Source of the DNA: an uncultured Acidobacteriota bacterium
GTDB taxonomy: Bacteria > Acidobacteriota > Thermoanaerobaculia > Multivoradales > SZUA-115
NCBI GenBank assembly: GCA_963805975.1
Contig: CAWDVR010000003.1
Location: 1 to 64,000, forward strand
Direction of reading: 5' to 3'
Length of the DNA stretch: 64,000 nucleotides
Shown piece after piece: positions 8,775 to 19,333 of this stretch. The position numbers and the translations under genes are program-made. How positions within the stretch are numbered: the stretch's first letter is position 1; each line of letters opens with the position of its first letter. The notes beneath the pieces were generated by a model, which saw nothing but the letters and a program-made list of their open reading frames with translations, did no database searches and was not told the DNA's origin.

Positions 8775-10153
8775 TAGCTCGCCCCACCGCGAGAGCGAGG
8801 GGGGCTCGGCGGGCCGCTCTTCGCCACGCGGTGCGCAGTCAGGATGGCGATCCCCCAAGTGCACGCGGCGACGATGGCGAAGACCACCAGGAAGGCCCGC
8901 GGGTCGACGCTCATCGAGTCCACGATCATCTGGAAATCCCGCCCGCTGGCATCGCCCGAGCTGCCCTCGAGGAGCGCGCGGGCCACCCGGCAAAGCGCCG
9001 CCGTCAGCCCATAGGCGGTCGCCGATGCGAGCACGGTCAGCAGCAGGTGCTCGGCGACCACCAGCCGACGGACCAGCCGGCGAGAGAAGCCTAGGATCAG
9101 CATCTGGGCGAGCCGGCGGCGGCGGCGCTCGAGGTCGAGCCGTGCCAGCACCGCGAGGACCAGGACCAGGAAGACGGTCGAGGGGACGAGGGTCAGGCGG
9201 AAGAGGGTGGTGAGCCGCGCGTCCTGCCGCCCGAGCTTCTCCAGGGCCAGCACGTTGTACCGGACTTCGTAGCCGGGGAAGAGGGCCCGAAGCTCCCGGC
9301 TCGTGCCCTCCACCTGCTCGGCGCTCTCGACATAGGCCAGCACCTCGTCGAAAGGCGCCGGGGAGGCCTGGTGCTCGCCACAGGCCGCGTCCCGCTCGGG
9401 GAGAAGCACACCACGGCGTGTGGTACCGAACCCGGGACCCGACGCGGTCGACAGACCGGAGCCCGGCGGCAGGCCCAGCGCGGGAGCGCCGAGCCCGTGG
9501 CTGAAGCAGCGCAGGACCGCACCCGCCTCCTGGCTGCCGTAGAGGCCCCGGCCCGGCAGGCGGCGGCGGGCCACGACCCGGAACTTGGCGGCCAGAGAGA
9601 GGTCGTTGATGCGCACCGACAGCGGCGGGCCGGAGAACTCGCCGCTCTCGGAGCTCCACAGCGTTTCCCACGCCGGCCCGTAGAGGAGAGCCCCGAGAGT
9701 GTCCGAGACCACGAGGTCGGTCAGGCCGAAGTCGTGAGGGATCGGCGGGCTGATCTGGAGCGGGAGGCTGCGAGGATCGCGGGGTTCCAAAGTCTGGAAG
9801 GTCAGGGCGTCCGCCCCCTCCGGGCCCTCGACGCTGACCTGGAGCTTGTGGTTGCCCACCACCTCGAGGCCGGGGAAGCGCCGCTCGATCTCCGCAACTC
9901 GATTCCGGTCGAGAGGCGGCGCGCCCTCGCTGGCTGGCTGGAGGCTGATCTCGCAGGCGCTGTTCTCTTTCTCGATCTGCGTCTTGACCGTCGAATAGAC
10001 GCGGTTGCGGATCGAGCCCAGGGCGAGCGGGGTGGAAAGCATGCCGGCGACCACCAGCACCACGACCACGCCGTGCTGCCAGTGGGCGCGCAGGCCCTCC
10101 AGCCAGTGCCGTCGGCACGGGGCAAGCGCCGAGCGAGGAGGCAGAGTCCTCAT
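8747..10153 (-). CDS. FtsX/MacB-like ABC transporter permease
   Basis: RBS ggagg before ATG 10153; N-terminal TM helix, large extracytoplasmic loop, then ERRRRRLAQMLILGFSRRLVRRLVVAE and further TM helices. Confidence 0.7.
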   Translation of the reverse strand: MRTLPPRSALAPCRRHWLEGLRAHWQHGVVVVLVVAGMLSTPLALGSIRNRVYSTVKTQIEKENSACEISLQPASEGAPPLDRNRVAEIERRFPGLEVVGNHKLQVSVEGPEGADALTFQTLEPRDPRSLPLQISPPIPHDFGLTDLVVSDTLGALLYGPAWETLWSSESGEFSGPPLSVRINDLSLAAKFRVVARRRLPGRGLYGSQEAGAVLRCFSHGLGAPALGLPPGSGLSTASGPGFGTTRRGVLLPERDAACGEHQASPAPFDEVLAYVESAEQVEGTSRELRALFPGYEVRYNVLALEKLGRQDARLTTLFRLTLVPSTVFLVLVLAVLARLDLERRRRRLAQMLILGFSRRLVRRLVVAEHLLLTVLASATAYGLTAALCRVARALLEGSSGDASGRDFQMIVDSMSVDPRAFLVVFAIVAACTWGIAILTAHRVAKSGPPSPPRSRGGASYYRGGTMRR

Positions 10154-10330
10154 GATGGCTCGTCTCCTCCGGCCCGTCCGCAGCCATGGCGGCGAGCCTG
10201 GGAGCCAGTGAACCTTCTGGGTCCGTTCGCCACCCATAGACCCGCTTCGCCAGCCGTTGTGAGCGGCGCTCACCTCGGCCGCCGAACCGTGTCTCCTCGA
10301 GCGGAGGCTCGACACGGAGGGAGGAACGCC

Positions 10331-13300
10331 ATGCGGGTACCGAAGGCGGCGGTCACGGCGGCGCTGATCGGGCTGCTGGCCGGCGGTGGAGCTGCCGGCG
10401 GCCAGGGCGCGACGCGCGGAGCGGAGCGCTCCCGAGCAGCGGTGCTGCTCGCCGAGCAAGGGAAGAGGATCGTCGAAGGCCACGCCGAGGAGGCAGTGCC
10501 CGCGATTGAGGAAGCGCTCGGCATCTACCGCGCGATCGGTGATCGGCAGGGCGAGGCCGCGGCGCTCCTCCTAAGGGCGATGTCCAAGATCGGGATTGGC
10601 GACGAGCAGCGGGCGATCGCGGATCTCGACGCGTGCCTGGCCCTGCTGGCCATGCCGGAGGATGGGCTCACCGCCGCGATGGCGCTGTGGATGGCGGCCG
10701 AGCTCGAAAAGCAGGAAGAGCGGCTCGAAGCGGCGGCCTCCAGACTGGAGCAGAGTCTGCGCCATCTCTCCGACCTCGAAGCAGCCCCGGCCGGTGTCAG
10801 CTTCGAGACCTTCAAGCTCCTGGGCGGCGCCTTCGGGGCCCCGACCGAGATGATCGACCAGCTCGGCCCCATGCTGGCGCTGGTCGCACCCGTCCTGGCG
10901 CGGTTCCTCTCCGGGGCGAATCACGACTCCCTGGGGAGCGTGCTGACCGACCTCGGCCGCTGGCCGGAGGCCGAGGCCGAGCTCAGGGAGGCCCTGGCTA
11001 TCTCCAAGCTCTTCGGCGGCTTCCTCGACTCCTCCGTCTATGCGCACCTGGGCGACCTGCAGCGGCGGCCGTGGCGGCTCGCCGAGGCGCGGGAGAGCTA
11101 CGAGAAGGCGCTAGCAGGCCTCGGGGTGTTCTCGTCGATGCCGTTCGCGACCGACCGGCGGCTCGACGTGACGATCCTCGACTCGCTCGCCGAGCTCGAG
11201 GTCCTGGCGGGCGACTTCGAGGCGGCGCTGGCCGCCAACGAGCGGGCCCAGGCACTGGTGCGACGGGACCACGACCGCCGGCAGGAGGCGCGCGTCCTCC
11301 AGCAACGCTCCGCGCTGCTCAAGGGTGCCGGGCGCTTCCAGGAGGCCGAGCAGGCGCTCACGCAAGCGCTGCCGCTGGCACGGGAAACACACCACCGCTA
11401 CCGGGAGGCGACCCTCCTCGGCGATCTCGGCAGCATCGCCTTCATGCGAGGTTCCTACGGCCAGGCCGCCTCCTGGCTCGAGCAGTCCTTGGCCGTCTTC
11501 CGCACCCTCGACGAACCCTATGTCGAGGCTCCCCTGTGGGTACAGCTTGCCGAGGTGTACTGGCTCCTCGAATCGACGGCCGAGGTCCGGGTGGCCACGC
11601 AACGCGCACAGGAGCTGGCACAAAAGAGCGGCTTCCCGGCGGCGGCGGCGCTGGCCAGGGCGATCGCCGAGCTGGTTCCGCTGTCGAAGGGAGCGGGCTC
11701 TCTGGCCGAGGCGGGCGAGCAGCTCCAGGAGGCGTGCCTGCTGACCGAGCTGCGCACTCTGCCCTGGTGCGATTCTCCCCAGCGCTTTATCGAGACCAGC
11801 CTGGGGGCGGCGCTGCCGAGCTCCGAGGAGCTCGAGACCTGGGCCGCCGCCGCTTCCGGAACCAGTCTGCCGGCGGACATGACCCGCGTGCTGCAACCGG
11901 TCGTCCGCTTCCAGGAGGGTCGCGTGCTCTTCGAGGCGGGAGACACTGTGGGCGCCCGTCGCCTGTGGCAGCAGGCTCTGGGAGAGCTCGCGACAGCAGG
12001 GCAGCGCGACCTCTGTGCCAGCCTCTCGGCGGCGATCGGCGTCACCTATTGGAAGGAGGGGAAGCGAGCCGAGGCGATCTCGAAGCTGCGGGAGGCCATC
12101 GAGGGCCTGGAGGTGATGGCTGGAGAGGTCAAGGATGCCGATCTGCTGGCCTCGTTTCTGGGCAGCAACCGCCGCTGGTTCTACGACCTCCTGATCGATT
12201 GGCTGGTGGCGGAGGGCCGGGCCCAGGAGGCCTTCGCCTACTCCGAGAGGGCGCGCGCGCGCTCTCTGCTGAACCTCCTGGGCAACCAGCGCCTGCCGGC
12301 CCGCGGCGCTGGTGACCCGGCGCTCCTGGCGCAGGCGGACGGGTTGCGCGCTCAGATGGCGGCCTGGGAGGCCGCGCTGCCTCTCGCACCGCCGGCCGAG
12401 CGCGAAAAGCTGGAGAGCGACCTCGCGCACGCGCGAGCCAGCCACCAGAGCCTCCTCCTGCGAGCCCAGGTGAGCAACCCCGAGTATGCCTCGCTGGTGG
12501 CCATCCGGCCCCTCGACGCCGCCGCGGTGCAAGCGGCGCTGCCGCCGGACACGGCCCTGGTGAGCTACTTCCTCACCCCGCTCAGCGCTCACGCCTGGGT
12601 TCTCGACCGCGCCACTCTCCACCACCTCGAGCTGCCTCTCGCCAGGGAGGAGCAGCGGGAGATCCTCTGCCTGGCGGGCGCTCTGCAGCATCCAGCGGGA
12701 GACCTGCGCGGCACCAAGCGCCTGGCGTGCGCGGAGGATCCGAAACGAGGGGCTGCCCTCTACTCCAAGCTCTTCGCGCCGCTGCTGCCCCACCTCCCCG
12801 CCCGGCATCTGGTCCTGGTTCCTCACGGCCCCCTCCACTACCTGCCGTTCGCGGCGCTTCGCAACCCGGCGACAGGACACTATCTGGTGGAGGACTACAC
12901 GCTCACCTACGCCCCGAGCGCCAGCGTTCTCCCTTTCCTGCGCGGCAAGGAGAGCCGGGTCGAGGGGCGGGTGCTGGTGCTCGGCGCCCCGGAGACGGCG
13001 GACCCCAGGCTGCCGGCCCTGGACGGTGCAGCGGAGGAGGCCCAGCAGGTGGCCGCGCTGTTCGGAACAAAGGCGCGCCTGGGCAAGGAGGCCACCGAGG
13101 GGCGGCTCTATGCGGCGGCCGGGAAGGTTCGACCTGCTGCACGTGGCTGCGCACGGGTTCTTCCTCGCCCGCAGCCCTCGCTTCAGCCGCCTGGCGCTGG
13201 CGCCGGACGAGAAGCACGACGGCTACCTGGAAGTCCACGAGGTCTTCGGCAGCCTCGACCTCGGGGGAGTCAACTTGGTGGTGCTCTCGGCGTGCCAGAC

Positions 13301-13589
13301 GGCCCTCGGCGAAAGGAGCGGCGGCGACGAGATTGTTGGCCTCACCCGCTCCTTCCTCTACGCCGGGAGCCCCGGTGTGCTCTCCACCCTCTGGAGCATC
13401 GCAGACCAGCCCTCGCGCGAGCTGATGCTCGCCTTCTACCACCACCTCCTCGCCGGTCAGGCCGCCGCGGATGCGCTGCGCTCTGCCCAGCTCCAGATGC
13501 TGCGTGGCGGCCAGTACGCCGACCCCTACTACTGGGCCGCCTTCACCTTGACCGGAGATCCGCAAGGAAAGTGGGGAGGCGGTCGTTGA
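10331..13589 (+). CDS. Exported TPR-CHAT protease interrupted by a +1 frameshift near 13121-13127 (sequencing error or pseudogene)
   Basis: Signal peptide MRVPKAAVTAALIGLLA; TPRs; AFAYSERARARSL; LVLVPHGPLHYLPFAAL; the catalytic LHVAAHG, VLSACQT and YYWAAF motifs lie in the shifted frame 13026-13589. Confidence 0.88.
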
Positions 13590-13731
13590 CCGTGCCTTCG
13601 ACGCCGGGGCCCGACCGTTCTGGTGAACCGGTGTGCCTCGACCAGCGACAACATTCGCGGATTTGGCGGGTCTACCTCCTGTGATCGAGCGCCGGGACTG
13701 AGCTCGGCGCTCACTCTCGGGAGGCAACGCC

Positions 13732-14631
13732 ATGCGACCGCGCCTTCTCATCCTCTGGCTGGCTTTTGCCGGTCTCCTCTCGTCGAGTGTGCCTACCCTG
13801 GCTTCCGAGGAGGTCCATGACCTGCAGCCGGAGAAGCTCTTCCTGACCCTGTCTTTCGGCTATGGCATCTCCTACGCCAACAACATGCTGGTCAGCGGGG
13901 GGATTCTCTTCGACCTCGACCCGAGCAGCGCCTACCTTCTCGAGTCTCTGGGATTGGACCTCTCCGACAACGTCTACACCTCGCGGCTCACGGCGACCTA
14001 CGCCTTCACCCCGCGGCTCGGGGCCTACACGGTGTTTCCGACCGGACTGGTCCAGGAGAGGAGTGATCGCATGCTACCCGGGCTCGAGCTCGACGATCTC
14101 GAGCCCGCCCTCGGAGATGCGAGCGTCGGGCTCTATTACCGCGCGTTCCAGGAGTCGGGCCTGCGGCCGGGCGTCATCCTGTTTCTCGACCTCAACTCCA
14201 ACTTCTCTCACTTCAGCTCGCTCGGCAACGGCCTGTGGGACATCTCGGCCGGTGCCTCGCTGCCCAAGACGATCTCGCGCTCCTTCGCGGTGACCGCCGA
14301 TCTGGACTATACCCACAGCTTTTCGAGAGGAGGGATCGACCCGGGAAGCATCTTCGGTGTCGGAGCTCGCCTGCGCTGGCTCTTCAAAGGCGGTGCCTTG
14401 GAGCTGGGGCTCAAGGATGTCCGGGCGAGCGAGTACCGGGTTGGCGGCTTCGCGCTGACGGAAAGCGACGACGACCTGGTGCTGACTTTCGAGTTCTGGC
14501 CGCGAAGCGGTTCCCTGCGTGCCTTTGAGCGCTCCTCGCTCAAGGCCTATCTGACAAGCCTCGACGAGGGCTTCAATTTCAGGAAGAACATCTATGGCTT
14601 CCGGTGGTCGTTCCCCATACTCATCCGCTAG
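13732..14631 (+). CDS. Putative outer-membrane beta-barrel protein (transporter/MetA-pathway-like)
   Basis: Signal peptide; alternating amphipathic strands; LGDASVGLYYR and SLGNGLWD motifs; aromatic C-terminal strand YGFRWSF. Confidence 0.65.
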   Translation: MRPRLLILWLAFAGLLSSSVPTLASEEVHDLQPEKLFLTLSFGYGISYANNMLVSGGILFDLDPSSAYLLESLGLDLSDNVYTSRLTATYAFTPRLGAYTVFPTGLVQERSDRMLPGLELDDLEPALGDASVGLYYRAFQESGLRPGVILFLDLNSNFSHFSSLGNGLWDISAGASLPKTISRSFAVTADLDYTHSFSRGGIDPGSIFGVGARLRWLFKGGALELGLKDVRASEYRVGGFALTESDDDLVLTFEFWPRSGSLRAFERSSLKAYLTSLDEGFNFRKNIYGFRWSFPILIR

Positions 14632-16568
14632 TGGCCCTCGGCCCCGGGATGCGCAGTGAGCGGGTCCCGAGCTCCCGCCGCCGTCCTCACCACGCGGAAG
14701 CCGCGATCGGAGGCCGTGCTCTGAGGCTCTCTGGCCTCCCGGTTGGCGATGCGGCACTCCTGGAGTGGGGCGTACCAGCTCCCGCCCCGGATGATGCGCC
14801 GCGGGCCGTTGGTGCTGATGGGATCGCTCACGTTGAGGACGTAGACGTCGTCCACGACCCTGCCGCGGGGCTCGGCCCAGTTGGCCGAGTCCTGCACCCA
14901 CTCCCACACGTTCCCCAGCATGTCGTGCAGGTTCCAGGCATTCGGAATCCTCCGCGCCACCGGATGCGGGCCGCACTGTCGAGCCTCGGCCTCCCCCCGC
15001 GCCTTCTTGACGTTCGGACAGTCGACGCCGTCGTAGTCGACTGTGCTGTTGCCTCCACACCAAGCGAATTGCCCCAGCTCTCGCAATTGAGCCTGGCGGT
15101 TTCCTCGCCTCGGGAACTCGCTGGCTTGCGCTCGCGCCGCGTACTCCCATTCGGCTTCGGTGGGGAGGCGGTACCCGTTGCAGTCCAGCCCCTTGAAGAT
15201 CACGCTGTTGCAGTCCCTGTCCCTGGCCACTCCTCCGCCGAGACAGTCTTTTCTCTCGTAGCAAGGCTCGAAGCCGCTGCGCAGGGAGAGCCGGTTGGCG
15301 AACTCCATCGCCGCGAACCAGCTCACCTGTTCGGCCGGGCACCCGGGAGAGCATTGCTCGAAAAAGCTCGGGTTCTCTCCCATGACCTCCTCCCACTGCT
15401 CCTGGGTCACCTCCGACTCGCCCATCCAGAAGGATCGGCTGATGCGCACGCCGTGCTCCTGCTCGTCGCGCTCTCCCTCCTCGTCATGGCCTCCCATGAT
15501 GAAGGCTCCGGCAGGGACGTACCGCATTCGCAGGCAGACGGCGGGCTCCTGCCAGAGAGCGCCGGGCGCGGGCCGGTCGGGAAGGGTGGAGCTCGGGCAG
15601 CGCCAGTTCTCGCAGGGCTGGGCCTTGGAGCTGATCAGGAAATCGCCGTAGAACTCTCCCAGGACATAAGGCACCTGCGGCTGCCCGTGCGCGTCCCCAA
15701 AGGCTCTCATCGACGTCTCGACGTACTGCTGGAGGTCTCGGACAGAAAGCTTGCCGTCGCCTCCAACCGCCTTGCCACAGAGGCCGTCGAGCAGGAAGTG
15801 GGTGAACACCCCGTGCTGGAGGTCCGCTTCCTCGAAGCTGACACCTCCGAACTGGGTCGAGAAGAAGATCCACAGCCCTCGGGAGTCCTCGAAACGGGCG
15901 AAACCTCTGCTCAGCCCACGTGTCGCCTCGATGTCCACCGTCTCGCGACAGGCATCCACCAAGACCACCTTCCGGCGCGCGCCCATCTCGTCGAGGTCCT
16001 TCGTCAGGTCGTCGAGGGCGAGCCCCTGGTGGGACATCGTGTCGAGGCTTGCCCCGTAGGTGGCGAGGTAGTTCCTGCCGCCGACCGCGAAGCCGTGGCC
16101 GGCGAAGAAGAACAGAACCGTGTCGGCGTTGCGCGGCAGGGCCCGGACCTTCTCCTGGACCGCCTGCCGAGTGGCCGCCCCGTCGAGCAGCTCGTGCACC
16201 TTGTAGCCGTACCCGGCAAAGACCCGAGCCAGTGCCCCGGCGTCCTTGGTCGCCCAGCGTAGAGAGCGCAGGCCAGTGCCCTCATACGAGTTGACTCCCA
16301 CGAGAATGGCGATCTTCTCGGGCTCTCGCCCCAGATCGGCCGTCGGGTCCGGGCTCTCGGCCGGCGTACGCCGCGCACCTCGGGTCTCGTCCATCTGCTG
16401 TGCCCAGCCCGGCTCGGACGCGCCCGCTGGCACGCTCGCCGTCCTGGCCTCGCCCACCGGTGATGCGGGAGGAGCAGTGAGAGAGCATGCGAGAAGCAAC
16501 ACCTGAACAGACGACAGGAGAAAGAAGACCGGCGGTCTGGCTCGCCCCGGGCGGGTTGCAGAGGCCAT
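14628..16568 (-). CDS. Caspase domain + FGE-sulfatase (SUMF1/CLec-fold) lipoprotein
   Basis: Lipobox LLLAC; [27 protein letters not shown]; C-terminal FIMG, EVTQEQW, YRLPTEAEWEYAAR, LHDMLGNVWEW, RGGSW, GFRVV. Confidence 0.92.
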   Translation of the reverse strand: MASATRPGRARPPVFFLLSSVQVLLLACSLTAPPASPVGEARTASVPAGASEPGWAQQMDETRGARRTPAESPDPTADLGREPEKIAILVGVNSYEGTGLRSLRWATKDAGALARVFAGYGYKVHELLDGAATRQAVQEKVRALPRNADTVLFFFAGHGFAVGGRNYLATYGASLDTMSHQGLALDDLTKDLDEMGARRKVVLVDACRETVDIEATRGLSRGFARFEDSRGLWIFFSTQFGGVSFEEADLQHGVFTHFLLDGLCGKAVGGDGKLSVRDLQQYVETSMRAFGDAHGQPQVPYVLGEFYGDFLISSKAQPCENWRCPSSTLPDRPAPGALWQEPAVCLRMRYVPAGAFIMGGHDEEGERDEQEHGVRISRSFWMGESEVTQEQWEEVMGENPSFFEQCSPGCPAEQVSWFAAMEFANRLSLRSGFEPCYERKDCLGGGVARDRDCNSVIFKGLDCNGYRLPTEAEWEYAARAQASEFPRRGNRQAQLRELGQFAWCGGNSTVDYDGVDCPNVKKARGEAEARQCGPHPVARRIPNAWNLHDMLGNVWEWVQDSANWAEPRGRVVDDVYVLNVSDPISTNGPRRIIRGGSWYAPLQECRIANREAREPQSTASDRGFRVVRTAAGARDPLTAHPGAEGH

Positions 16569-16620
16569 GTGACACCACCGGCCTCGCCGGTTAGTGCGCC
16601 GAACAGGAGAGAGGTCTGAC

Positions 16621-17436
16621 ATGGACGTGACTCCGAGGAATGGCTGCATCAAGTCTTCTAGAAAACTAGTCTGGCGACCGGTGACCTGGACGTTGGCGGT
16701 GACTCTCGCCGCCTGGGTCCCGGCCGTCGCCGTCGCGGGCCCGCAGATCCCCATCGAGCTCGGCTGGGTGCCGAACCGCGAGGACATCGTGGTGAGGACC
16801 CTGCCAGCCGACCTGCCGGGATACGGCGGGTTGGACCTGGAGCTCAACGAAGAGGACGCCCTGGTCTTCGTGGACGAGCAGCCGGAGCCCGTGGGAAGGG
16901 CCGGGGACTTTGACGGCCGCCCAGGGTTCCTGTGGCTCCCCAAGGGGGTCTACCACTTGGTGTTCTACAAGCCCGACTTCGAGACCCGGAAAGTGACCGT
17001 CAACGTCAGCCCCGGGGTCGTGACGCGGTACGAGCTCGAGCTGGAACCGGGGACTTCTGCTCGGCGGGAGGATCTCGCGGCGGGCCGAGGCGTGCTCTCG
17101 TCCGAACGGTCCGGGAGCGCTCCCGCGCTGCGGCACGACCCCGGTGGAGCGGTCGGTCGGGAGGCGGGCCAGCTCGACTTGGTAGTCCGCCCGGCCGGCA
17201 GCCGGGTTCTCCTGGATGGCCGCTCGGTGCCCTGCGCGGGGCCGTCGCCATGCTCTCTCTCGATCGGGCCGGGCAGGCATCGAGTGGTGGCGCATCATCC
17301 TGGGTTCAAGAGAATTGGCGCGTTGATCGCCGTGCGAGCGGGCGAAGTCGTGAGACTCGAGCTCGTGCTCGAGCCGCGGCGTCCGGTCGCCGCTGGGAAG
17401 ACGTCGAAAGCCGGGCCGGCGGTCGAGGCCGAGTGA
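16621..17436 (+). CDS. Exported PEGA-domain protein (two PEGA-like repeats); start uncertain
   Basis: Hydrophobic signal segment; ALVFVD...LPKGVYHLVFYKPDF and SRVLLDGR...IGPGRHRVVAHHPGF. Confidence 0.7.
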   Translation: MDVTPRNGCIKSSRKLVWRPVTWTLAVTLAAWVPAVAVAGPQIPIELGWVPNREDIVVRTLPADLPGYGGLDLELNEEDALVFVDEQPEPVGRAGDFDGRPGFLWLPKGVYHLVFYKPDFETRKVTVNVSPGVVTRYELELEPGTSARREDLAAGRGVLSSERSGSAPALRHDPGGAVGREAGQLDLVVRPAGSRVLLDGRSVPCAGPSPCSLSIGPGRHRVVAHHPGFKRIGALIAVRAGEVVRLELVLEPRRPVAAGKTSKAGPAVEAE

Positions 17437-19312
17437 GGGCGGGCTTTCTCCGAGACGAGGACGAAGTCGACCTCTTCTTGGGTGCCGGCGGCCGTCTTCC
17501 GGTCGAGCACTCGGCCTTCGATATCGAGGGACAGAGTGTCGCCGCGGCTGGTGCGCAACATGATCGTGCGGGCGCCGTTGGGATCGTTCGCGCCGAGCTC
17601 GATGCCAGCGACCTCGAGGCCCCTGGGCAGCAGGGCCCCGTACCAGACCTGCGAGCCTTTGCCGCTCGCCCCGAGGCCGGGCGGCGCCTCGCCCGAGACC
17701 TTGCCGGGGTCGAGCATGAAGAGCACGGCGAGCTGCTGCTCGCCGGGGAAGTGCGAACGCAGGTCGTTGTTGCCGCCGGCAACGAGGATGCGGCTCCGGT
17801 TCCCGGGCGATACCGCGCCGATGGCCAGCCGGTCGAGGCGCCCGGGATGCCAGTAGGCGCCCCGAGGCGTCCCGTCGCTGTCGAAGACGCAGAGCCGTGC
17901 CGGGTACCCGCCCGCGGCTTCGCTCGCCAGGACGACCACCTGCTGCCGGTCTTGGCCGAAGAGGTCGGCGAGCGCGAGCTGGCGCACGGCCATCCTGCCG
18001 CTCGAACCGGCGCCGTAGTTGGCTCCCGAGCTGGTGTCACGGGACCACAGCGCAGCTCCTCCGCAGCCATAGGCCAGCACCTTGCCGGCATCGTCTCCCG
18101 GGCCCCCCACTCCCACGATCACCTCCCGGTCGCGATCGCCATCGAGGTCGCCGACCACTCCCTGATTGATCCGACCCGAGACACTATGGCCCCACAGGAG
18201 CTCGCCCTCCGCGTCCTTGACCCGCAGGCGCTCGCCGGCGAGCTCCAGGGTCGCCGGCTGGCTATGCACCGCGCAATCCAGGCAATAGGCCAGTGGAAGC
18301 AGCCCGACGGATCCCTCGAGCTCTCGCTCGATGCCGCCTCCGGCATGGTACCCGGAGGAACGGCGCAAGCTCCATTGGGCCACGGCGTCGTTCACGTAGT
18401 CGGCCAGCGCCGCCACCGTCACGAACCCGCGCTCGTCGACCTTGGCCTTAAAGCGCAGGCCGTCGAGGAGGGCGGCGGTGAACACGCCCTGTTTGCGCCC
18501 GGGGTCATCGTAGAGCGGCTCACCCGGGCGGGCGGAGAGGACCGCCTGGCCTTCCGCGTTCTCCAGGGCCTCGAGGAAGCTCGGAGCATCGCCCCACGCG
18601 TTGACGGGCTTCGCGGCTTGCGCGGCTCGCGGCAGGCATCCAGGAAGACCAGGCGGCGCGGGGCGGCGGAGCGCGAGACCGTACGCATCAGCGACTGGAC
18701 CGCGAGGCTAGTCGGCGCGAGAGCGCGGTCGAGAGAGGAAGCGGTCAACAAGTAGTCGCTCCCCCGGGAGCACGCACCGTGCGTGGCGAAGCTCACCACC
18801 AGGAGCCCGCCCGGCCCGGCCGCCTTCGCCTGCTTCTCGAGCGCGCGCTCGATGTCCTGCTTCATGGCTTCGCTCGACTGAGCGCCAGCGTCTTCGAGCT
18901 CCTTGAGGCGATCCCTGGACTCCGGCTTCTGCGGCTCGCCGGAGAGCGCGACGTGCACGCGTTCGGGCAGGATCAAGGGCGGGTCGAGGCCGAGCGAGAG
19001 CAGGTGCGCGAGGTCGACGGCGTCGTCCACCGCGTAGGGCGCGTCGGAGAGGGTGGGGTCTGAGGGGAAGCGGCGGACGCCGACGAAGGGCCCGGCAGAC
19101 TGCGCCGGGTCGAAGAACGGCTGGGATGCGAGTACCTCCGGGATCGCGCTGACGCCCCGCGGCGCCTGGTCGAGGGAAGCCGGCGGCCCTGCTGCTCTCG
19201 CGAGGCGGGCACTCACCGGCGGCGACCGCGCCGCTGCCTGGGCCATGGCGTCCCATGGAACGGCAAACCCGAGGCAGAGCAGAGCGACCAGGGTGAGAGC
19301 TGTGCTCCTCAT
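17295..19312 (-). CDS. Exported caspase-family protein with C-terminal FG-GAP/beta-propeller-like region, split by a -1 frameshift near 18585-18595
   Basis: Signal peptide; YAVDDAVDLA, SFATHG, VFLDACRE in frame 18419-19312; the continuation PSFLEALENAEGQAVLSARPGEPLYDD...QGVFTAALLDGL and GDLDGDRDREV lies in the frame of ORF 17295-18485. Confidence 0.82.
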
Positions 19313-19333
19313 GGCGGCGCTCCTTGTTCCCGC

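Noticed and set aside
9371-10330. N-terminal extension of the 1437-aa CHAT ORF
   Set aside because: Antisense to the permease; the RBS and signal peptide point to ATG 10331
14628-14820. Possible diversity-generating retroelement target in the CLec-fold C-terminus
   Set aside because: No reverse transcriptase and no template repeat seen in the window
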